NCBI GenBank assembly: GCA_964543385.1
Contig: CAZIYE010000002.1
Span: forward strand, 90,001-122,000
Length of the DNA stretch: 32,000 bases
Direction: 5' to 3'
Source of the DNA: an uncultured Candidatus Saccharibacteria bacterium
GTDB lineage: Bacteria > Patescibacteriota > UBA1384 > XYA2-FULL-43-10 > 1-14-0-10-43-13
Of the stretch, positions 23,624-32,000 are shown one piece after another. Within the stretch, counting starts at the first letter, position 1. Every line of letters begins with the position of its first letter. The notes beneath the pieces are model-generated. The model was not told the origin of the DNA. It saw only the letters and a program-made list of their open reading frames with translations, and made no database searches. The position numbers and the translations under genes are program-made.

Positions 23624-24127
23624 ATGGCTGGAAGAAGAAAAAAGCAAATAGCAATCGGTACAATCATGGCCCTTATAATTATTCTTGTAGTTGTATTCTT
23701 TTATGGAATTAAGGCAGATAATAGGCAGGATAATCCAGAAATAACAAGTATACGGACTGATAGCTTTGATGAGAAAGTACATAATGTAGAGCCCGACAAA
23801 GCGTATTTAAGAAGTATAGATACAGAAGGGTTTGGTTTAACAAAAAGGATCTATGCAAACGGCAAGTTTATGCATACTGTGAGTGCAAGTTTGCCGCTAG
23901 TAGAGGATCCGGAGTTTTACCAGGGATGGCTTGTTAAGCCTGGCAATGATGTTGATAAAGAAGAATTTATTGCGACAGGAAAACTTATTTATACTGAGAG
24001 TGAATTTTTTCTCTTTTATGAATCGGATCAGGACTTGAAAGATTTCTCAAAAATTATAGTTTCGAAACAGATTCAAAATGATGCTGTTCCTAATAGCTAT
24101 GTTCTAGTCGGATCATTTGCAAACTGA
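23624..24127 (+). CDS. Single-pass membrane-anchored hypothetical protein
   Basis: 167-aa ORF. AGGAGA RBS and an N-terminal TM helix IAIGTIMALIIILVVVFFYGI. The C-terminal YQGWLVKPG segment weakly recalls anti-sigma-K RskA C-domains (low certainty). Confidence 0.5.
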   Translation: MAGRRKKQIAIGTIMALIIILVVVFFYGIKADNRQDNPEITSIRTDSFDEKVHNVEPDKAYLRSIDTEGFGLTKRIYANGKFMHTVSASLPLVEDPEFYQGWLVKPGNDVDKEEFIATGKLIYTESEFFLFYESDQDLKDFSKIIVSKQIQNDAVPNSYVLVGSFAN

Positions 24128-24198
24128 TTTTGACAAAATAGCAGATATCGCCTAATATAAATGTATTAAATTATTTAGGCAAAAACCAAGGAGAGCAT

Positions 24199-24663
24199 AT
24201 GAGTAACAATTTAAAAACTTTTCTATTCATACTTTTAGCAGTTTTCTTAGTTTCTGGAGGGCTTATCTTTATAAGCGCAAAGTCAAAGAAAAGTGCTGAT
24301 AGCAATACAACTACCCAAAGCGAGGACGGCGGAGTAGCTGGTGCGTCGACTCAGGACGAAAAAAGTGAAGGGAAAAAAGATAGCGCTTATATTGAAAAGT
24401 TGGCAAAGTTTATGGCTGAAAAGGGTATGGTCATGTTCGGTGCATATTGGTGCCCGCACTGTGTCGACCAGAAAAAGCTTTTCGGTGATGCCTTCAAATA
24501 TGTTGACTATGTTGAGTGCGATGAGAAGGGTCCAAATGCAAATCCAGACGAATGTGTGGCAAATGGAATAGAAGGATACCCAACGTGGGTTTATCAAGGT
24601 CAGCAATACGGTGGCTATAAATCTTTCTCCGAGCTTGCAAAAATAGTAGGATTTAACGAATAG
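24199..24663 (+). CDS. Membrane-anchored thioredoxin-fold protein (VKOR-partner-like Trx domain)
   Basis: 154-aa ORF. N-terminal TM helix, CPHC active site in GAYWCPHCVDQKKLFG, second Cys pair ECD...ECV, and GYPTW. Confidence 0.7.
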   Translation: MSNNLKTFLFILLAVFLVSGGLIFISAKSKKSADSNTTTQSEDGGVAGASTQDEKSEGKKDSAYIEKLAKFMAEKGMVMFGAYWCPHCVDQKKLFGDAFKYVDYVECDEKGPNANPDECVANGIEGYPTWVYQGQQYGGYKSFSELAKIVGFNE

Positions 24664-24684
24664 TATTATAAAGGTCTCTTAAGG

Positions 24685-24712
24685 AATGTCCCAAGAAATT
24701 GGGACATTTTTT
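24685..24712 (+). terminator. Intrinsic terminator
   Basis: AATGTCCCA-AGAAAT-TGGGACATT followed by TTTT. Confidence 0.75.
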
Positions 24713-24935
24713 AAATAATAGTTCTTGTTATCTGTGCGATGTTGTTATTCGGATTGCAAAAGCAGCGCAATTAATGGTAATTGCTTGGGGATAACCCGTG
24801 TTATTAATTTAAAATTTAAAATTTAAAATTTCAGCAAGTGCGTTTGACAAGATAAAATTAACAGCTTCAGCATTTACTATTTTATATGATTACGGATCGT
24901 TAATTATAGATTATTTAATTTCGAGCACATATTTG

Positions 24936-24965
24936 TTGACAGTTGAGCTTAGACACGAATAAAAT
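24936..24965 (+). promoter_or_regulatory. Possible promoter for the small zinc-ribbon gene
   Basis: TTGACA, 18 nt, TAAAAT. Confidence 0.4.
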
Positions 24966-25064
24966 ATTAATTAAGTAATCGATTATAAGGCTATCAATAT
25001 TTTCTGTCTCCTTCTGTGAGCTGAAAGTAGAGGCGCCAATATATACGGAAGGAGGTGAATTAGA

Positions 25065-25208
25065 ATGGAAGCATATTGCGTAAAATGCAAGGCTAAGGTT
25101 GAGATCAAAAATCCTCAATCAATTACTATGAAAAATGGTAAGCCAGCAACATCAGGTGAGTGTCCAGTTTGTGGCACAAAAGTTTTCAGAATTGGCGCTG
25201 CTAAATAG
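25065..25208 (+). CDS. Small zinc-ribbon protein (DUF5679-like), 47 aa, not in the ORF track
   Basis: Hand translation MEAYCVKCKAKVEIKNPQSITMKNGKPATSGECPVCGTKVFRIGAAK. GGAAGGAGGTG RBS. CxxC...CxxC. Confidence 0.7.
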   Translation: MEAYCVKCKAKVEIKNPQSITMKNGKPATSGECPVCGTKVFRIGAAK

Positions 25209-25245
25209 TTTTCGAATAAATTTTTGTTTTTGATAAACGCAAGAG

Positions 25246-25271
25246 TGTCCCCGTACATCGGGGGCATTTTT
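25246..25271 (+). terminator. Intrinsic terminator
   Basis: TGTCCCCG-TACAT-CGGGGGCA followed by TTTTT. It covers the ORF-track TTG start at 25270. Confidence 0.8.
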
Positions 25272-25317
25272 GTGGAGAATTGAAAAAAGTCGGCAGAAGT
25301 ATTATATTTTATATATT

Positions 25318-26733
25318 ATGAAAAGATCAGAATTGTTTTTTGCCTTTCTACAAGTGCCCGTTGACGCAGCCATGATGGTGTTCGCTTTTGTCGCCTCCTA
25401 TTATTTGCGAATGGGGCTAGAATCAGTACCTGATTTCAACAACATTGGCGTTGATGATTATTTGAGATACGCACTATTTTTGATTCCCGTATGGATACTA
25501 ATTTTTGCTGCCAATGGGCTGTATTCAATAAAAAACACGACTGGTTTTTTGTTTGAGTTATATAGAATAGCCATTGCTACATCTGCAGCTATCTTATTTT
25601 TTATCATGATAATTTTTTTCACCAAGACACTATTCTTTTCTAGATTAATTTTAGGATTCATCTGGATCATCAGCGTTGTAGCTCTCATGACGGGGCGTTT
25701 ATCATTGAGATTAGTAAGAAAATATTTGTTAAAAATGGGTTTGGGCGTAAGGAATGTATTAATTATTGGCAATAACATTGTTTCCAAAGAAATCAATTAC
25801 GAGCTTTCGCGTACTTACTCCGGGTTCCATGTTGTCGGTGTTCTAGGAGAAGAGGATCATCTTTCTACGGGTCTTAAAGTTGTCGGTGATCTTGATAATC
25901 TTCCGATGATTATCAAGAAGTATGGGATTGATGAAGTTATTCTAACTGAAAGCAAGATAAGTGAAACTAAAATGATTGATATCATCGAGAGTTGTTATGA
26001 CCTAAAAGCTGGGTTTAAATATATTCCAGATGTCTTTGCTCTTATGTCGGCTAATTTTAAACCAGGATTAATAGGGTCTATGCCTGTAATGGAATTAAAA
26101 TCTATCCCACTAGACGGTTGGGGAAGAATTATCAAAAGAATTTTAGACATAGCTCTCGGCCTAATTGCCTTAATTATCCTTTCGCCGTTATTTATAATTA
26201 TCGCAATAATTATAAAGCTTTCTTCTAAGGGCCCTGTGATGTATCTGCATCAACGTGTTGGTCGGGATGATAAAGTATTCAATTTTTATAAGTTTCGCTC
26301 GATGTATTATGACCAGTGTGATTTTAAGGGCGGAGTCTATTGGACTACTAAAGAAGATGAAAATACTAGAATAACGCCTGTAGGTAAAATACTACGAAAA
26401 ACCAATTTGGACGAATTGCCACAGCTTTGGAATATAATAAAAGGAGATATGAGCTTTGTCGGTCCAAGGCCAGAGCTACCAAAACTGGTTGAAAAATTTG
26501 AAAAAGAAATTCCTGAATATTTCAGACGACACAAGGTAAAATCAGGACTAACAGGATGGGCTCAAGTGAATGGATTAAAAGGGGATACTTCAATAAAAGA
26601 TAGGGTAAGATATGATATCTATTACATAGAGAACTGGTCTTTGTGGTTAGACTTCAAAATTATTATTAAGACGATATGGCTGGTTATTTATGAAATCTTC
26701 AACGGAAAGTTTGAATATCGCTCTCGTTCATGA
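25318..26733 (+). CDS. Polyprenyl-phosphate sugar phosphotransferase (WbaP/Bac_transf family)
   Basis: N-terminal TM helices, central Rossmann-like segment, and a C-terminal catalytic block with DELPQLWNIIKGDMSFVGPRPE. Start set to the ATG at 25318. Confidence 0.85.
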   Translation: MKRSELFFAFLQVPVDAAMMVFAFVASYYLRMGLESVPDFNNIGVDDYLRYALFLIPVWILIFAANGLYSIKNTTGFLFELYRIAIATSAAILFFIMIIFFTKTLFFSRLILGFIWIISVVALMTGRLSLRLVRKYLLKMGLGVRNVLIIGNNIVSKEINYELSRTYSGFHVVGVLGEEDHLSTGLKVVGDLDNLPMIIKKYGIDEVILTESKISETKMIDIIESCYDLKAGFKYIPDVFALMSANFKPGLIGSMPVMELKSIPLDGWGRIIKRILDIALGLIALIILSPLFIIIAIIIKLSSKGPVMYLHQRVGRDDKVFNFYKFRSMYYDQCDFKGGVYWTTKEDENTRITPVGKILRKTNLDELPQLWNIIKGDMSFVGPRPELPKLVEKFEKEIPEYFRRHKVKSGLTGWAQVNGLKGDTSIKDRVRYDIYYIENWSLWLDFKIIIKTIWLVIYEIFNGKFEYRSRS

Positions 26734-27817
26734 GTGGATTACAAATGTGGCAGGCGCTGAAAGAGTTCTTCTCGCACTAAAAGAGCTTTTTCCTAAAGCA
26801 CCTATTTATACGGCGGTGTTCGATCCGGAAAAAGCAAAACCATTCAAAAAATTTGATGTTAGAACATCTTTTTTGCAAAATGTTCCAATGATGAAAAGTA
26901 AAAGAGAATTATTAGTTCCCCTAACGCCGTTTGCTTTTGAACAATTTGACTTATCTGAGTATGATCTTGTTATATCGAGTACCACTGTTGCTGCCAAAGG
27001 GATTATAACTAAGCCAGATACTTTGCATATTTCATATTGTCATACTCCTCCAAGGTATTTATGGGAGCCTGATACCGACCCCAGAGCTCGTAAAGGCAAG
27101 TTTAGTTGGCTTCGTGAGGCTACTATTCACAATATGCGTCTTTGGGATAGAGTAGCGGCTGATCGTGTTGATAAGTTTGTTGCAAATTCTAAATATATAG
27201 CAAAGCGTATTAAGAAATACTACGGCCGGGATGCGGCAGTAATATATCCTGGGGTTGATACTAATAAATTTACTCCTGGGGATATCACTGATGTTAAGGA
27301 CTACTATCTTTTTGTCAGCCGTTTAGTCGATTATAAGCGCTGTGATATCGTTGTCGAGGCTTTCAATAAACTCAATATACCCTTAAAAGTCATAGGAAGA
27401 GGTCCAGAGAGAGAAAAATTAATGAAGATAGCTAATGATAATATTGAATTTTTGGGGTATCTTTCTGATGATGATATGAAAAAGTATTACCGCGAGGCTA
27501 AAGCATTCATCTTTGCTGCAGAAGAAGACTTTGGTATCGTTCCCGTGGAGGCTATGGCCTGTGGGCGTCCAGTGATTGCTTTTGGTAAGGGAGGAGCAAC
27601 AGAATCTGTTGTTGAAAATGTCACAGGAGTATTTTTTCCAGAACAGACCGCTGCGAGCGTTATCGAGGCTGTAAACAATTTCGACTCTTCCAAATTCAAC
27701 CCTGACCTAATCAGAAAACACGCCGAGAAATTTTCAGTCGATAGATTTAAAAAGGAAATTCTTGATTATATAGAAAAAATTATTGAAACTAAAAAAATAG
27801 CAAATAAAGGAGAGTAG
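26690..27817 (+). CDS. Glycosyltransferase family 4 (GT-B, group 1)
   Basis: 375-aa ORF. EEDFGIVPVEAMACGRPVIA (E-x7-E region). 44-nt overlap with the upstream gene. Confidence 0.85.
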   Translation: MKSSTESLNIALVHEWITNVAGAERVLLALKELFPKAPIYTAVFDPEKAKPFKKFDVRTSFLQNVPMMKSKRELLVPLTPFAFEQFDLSEYDLVISSTTVAAKGIITKPDTLHISYCHTPPRYLWEPDTDPRARKGKFSWLREATIHNMRLWDRVAADRVDKFVANSKYIAKRIKKYYGRDAAVIYPGVDTNKFTPGDITDVKDYYLFVSRLVDYKRCDIVVEAFNKLNIPLKVIGRGPEREKLMKIANDNIEFLGYLSDDDMKKYYREAKAFIFAAEEDFGIVPVEAMACGRPVIAFGKGGATESVVENVTGVFFPEQTAASVIEAVNNFDSSKFNPDLIRKHAEKFSVDRFKKEILDYIEKIIETKKIANKGE

Positions 27818-28956
27818 TGAAAAAAGTATTAATCACAATTGCATTCATGATGGTCGTTGTATTACCTGTTTCTGTCAGAGCTGCTTTTCTTGAGGCGGCT
27901 GATGACGTTAACGGAGGAATAGAGAATATTAGCAAAGATCAAAATGTCGAGAATGCCTATTTAGCTGGGGAGACCATAAATGTTGATGGAGATGTTAAAA
28001 AAGATTTAATAGCCGCCGGTTCAGTTATAAACGTTAATGGTAAAGTTGAAGACGACTTGATTGCCGCCGGTTCAAGCTTGAATATCAAAAATTCCATTGG
28101 CGGTTCTGCTAGGGTTGTTGGATCGACTATTACTATAAGTGAAAATATCAATGAAGATCTGTTTGCAGCTGGGGCTGAAATTCTAATCTCCGAAAAGGCA
28201 AAAGTTGCTGGCGATTTTATATTTATGTCTGGCAAAACGGATATAAAAGGCGAGGTTGGCGGCAGTATTAAGGCTATCGGCGGGGACGTTGTGATTTCTG
28301 GAAAGGTCAAAGGAGATATATTATTAAGGAATATCAATAAACTAGTTGTTGAGGATACTGCCGAGGTATCAGGAAAAATCGTGTATTACTCGCCAAATGA
28401 AGCATTGATTGAAAGCGGCGCAAAAATTGTTGGTGGAGTTCAATACAATAAAATAGATCAACAACTGGATAGCTGGGGCTCATACGCAAAAAAAATGACA
28501 TGGGGGATAACCCTTTATCAGATCATAGGATCCTTATTGCTATTGCTCATTTTCATCTATTTTGCACCAAAGATATCCAAAAAGATTGTTGAAGAGTTTT
28601 ACGCAAATTCATTGTTAAATATGGGTTGGGGTATCGTTACTTTTATCGTTTTACCAATAGTGTCACTGATATTGCTCGCTCTTTCCTTTAAGCTGACGAT
28701 AGTTTTGATGTTATTCTACTCTCTTTACATGGTTCTTGGATCAACATTTACATCTCTAGCGGCTGGTAGCTGGGCTTGGAAAAGTATTACTAAAGCTCAA
28801 GAGTATGAAGTTAATTGGCAATCAGTTCTTTTGGGTGTAGTCCTTACAACCTTGCTATCTTTTGTGCCAATTATTGGCAGTTTTGCGCTATTTGTACTTT
28901 TAATAATCTCTTTCGGTGTCCTTATTAGACTTACATTTGTCTCTCTGAGAAAATAG
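27817..28956 (+). CDS. Exported beta-helix-repeat protein with a C-terminal multi-TM anchor
   Basis: GTG start overlaps the GT4 stop (TAGTG). Signal peptide. Repeats of about 17 residues of the type DLIAAGSxINVNGKVxxD, bactofilin-like in pattern. About 4 C-terminal TM helices. Confidence 0.55.
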   Translation: MKKVLITIAFMMVVVLPVSVRAAFLEAADDVNGGIENISKDQNVENAYLAGETINVDGDVKKDLIAAGSVINVNGKVEDDLIAAGSSLNIKNSIGGSARVVGSTITISENINEDLFAAGAEILISEKAKVAGDFIFMSGKTDIKGEVGGSIKAIGGDVVISGKVKGDILLRNINKLVVEDTAEVSGKIVYYSPNEALIESGAKIVGGVQYNKIDQQLDSWGSYAKKMTWGITLYQIIGSLLLLLIFIYFAPKISKKIVEEFYANSLLNMGWGIVTFIVLPIVSLILLALSFKLTIVLMLFYSLYMVLGSTFTSLAAGSWAWKSITKAQEYEVNWQSVLLGVVLTTLLSFVPIIGSFALFVLLIISFGVLIRLTFVSLRK

Positions 28957-28975
28957 GCAAATAATCTGTATTTAA

Positions 28976-29022
28976 AGAAATACCGCCTGCTGACCTTGTC
29001 TGGGCGGTATTTCTGTCTTTTG
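28976..29022 (+). terminator. Intrinsic terminator
   Basis: AGAAATACCGCC (28976-28987) pairs with GGCGGTATTTCT (29003-29014), followed by GTCTTTT. Confidence 0.75.
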
Positions 29023-29100
29023 GACTTGCGACCCTCTAGCAAAAAATGCTAAAATCAGTTTAGGAGAAAAATCACAGTAGTTGTGATTATTTGTTTGTGA

Positions 29101-31233
<2,133 letters not shown>

Positions 31234-31281
31234 TCGTATAAGAATAGCGAATAAGTGAATATTTAGAATAGGAACAACGAT

Positions 31282-32000
31282 ATGGACGAAGAACAAGATA
31301 CAATCAATGAGAACGTTTCAGAAGAAATGGATGAAGTTGCAGAAAATCAACAGACCAATTTACCTGATGAACAGGTAATAGATAGAGAGGCAGATGGTTC
31401 TAGCTCTAGCTCCCCATTTCAGAAGCTTGACTCTATGAGTGATAAGTCAATTACTGAGGACGTCTATGATCCTCTGATTGGTTTTATGAAGCCACGTGAA
31501 TTGGTGACTGAGATGGAGACATCTTATCTTGATTACGCTATGAGCGTGATTGTTTCTCGTGCTTTGCCTGATGTTCGTGATGGCTTAAAACCGGTTCATC
31601 GCCGTGTTCTATATGCCATGTATGAGACAGGACTTCGTCATAATGTTAAATATAGAAAATCCGCTAAAGTTGTTGGTGAAGTTATGGGTAACTATCACCC
31701 TCACGGTGATACTGCTATATATGACACACTTGTCCGCTTGGCGCAGGACTTTTCCATGCGCTATCCAATGGTAGATGGGCAAGGAAACTTTGGTTCAATG
31801 GATGGTGACTCTGCTGCTGCTATGCGTTATACAGAGTGCCGGATGTCATCAATTGCCGAAGAAATGCTTATAGACATCGATAAAGATACTGTCAATTGGG
31901 CCGATAACTACGATGGCTCGACCCAAGAACCAGTTGTTCTACCGGCCAGGGTTCCAAATTTACTTTTGAATGGTACTGTTGGTATCGCTGTCGGTATGGC
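31282..32000 (+). CDS. gyrA: DNA gyrase subunit A, 5' partial (runs off the window)
   Basis: Hand translation contains [60 protein letters not shown] and AAMRYTE (catalytic Tyr region). AGGAA RBS. Confidence 0.9.
   Translation, partial: MDEEQDTINENVSEEMDEVAENQQTNLPDEQVIDREADGSSSSSPFQKLDSMSDKSITEDVYDPLIGFMKPRELVTEMETSYLDYAMSVIVSRALPDVRDGLKPVHRRVLYAMYETGLRHNVKYRKSAKVVGEVMGNYHPHGDTAIYDTLVRLAQDFSMRYPMVDGQGNFGSMDGDSAAAMRYTECRMSSIAEEMLIDIDKDTVNWADNYDGSTQEPVVLPARVPNLLLNGTVGIAVGM

Noticed and set aside
23477-23782. Minus-strand ORF of 101 aa.
   Set aside because: It is a low-complexity AT-rich translation that overlaps the RBS and 5' end of the well-signalled 23624 gene.
24806-24831. Tandem AAAATTT repeats (three full units plus a partial one).
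   Set aside because: This is a simple AT microsatellite in an intergenic region, too short and spacer-less to be a CRISPR array or a functional repeat. It might contribute DNA curvature at most.
24915-25118. Minus-strand ORF of 67 aa.
   Set aside because: It is antisense to the RBS and start of the small zinc-ribbon gene (25065-25208), which has a strong RBS, a CxxC...CxxC pattern and a terminator.
5078-25317. N-terminal extensions given by the ORF track at 2867, 5078, 15866, 21103 and 25270.
   Set aside because: In each case the extension overlaps a promoter or terminator element identified in the sequence. A downstream ATG also gives a typical family N-terminus or a better RBS or leaderless context.

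Overview
AT-rich, gene-dense bacterial chromosomal window that reads cleanly in the standard genetic code. All family calls are by-eye motif recognition; no searches were run.

Backbone genes:
- IMPase / HD / RdgB trio (9-1966)
- tRNA-Gln(UUG) (3934-4007, minus)
- type-A RNase P RNA (about 4697-5028, minus)
- ValRS (21166-23337)
- envelope glycosylation block (25318-28956)
- GyrB plus the 5' part of GyrA (29119-32000)

Light/stress block: heliorhodopsin (2022-2786, minus), ferritin-like protein, 2-TM K+ channel, rubrerythrin, [FeFe]-hydrogenase-like protein, and three tandem KGG-repeat stress proteins.

The most unusual part is 9.5-21.1 kb:
1. A minus-strand operon: PaaK/LuxE-like adenylate-forming enzyme, then ThiF/E1-like adenylyltransferase, then multi-TM sensor histidine kinase, then Nudix. 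It is divergent from an atypical Rossmann protein across a 24-bp gap containing a palindrome.
2. An ORF-less structured region of about 400 nt, bounded by a promoter and a terminator.
3. A 3.4-kb cargo (Zn-ribbon protein, Gfo/Idh/MocA-like protein, G+C-rich P-loop kinase, Nudix) bracketed by perfect 370-bp direct repeats. The repeats duplicate the promoter, leader and 5' end of a RelA/SpoT-type HD hydrolase gene.
4. Three copies or relics of a C-terminal CSCCGL tail.

Lineage guess (inference only): a small-genome uncultivated bacterium, Patescibacteria/CPR-like. No CRISPR array, transposase, integrase or rRNA was seen.
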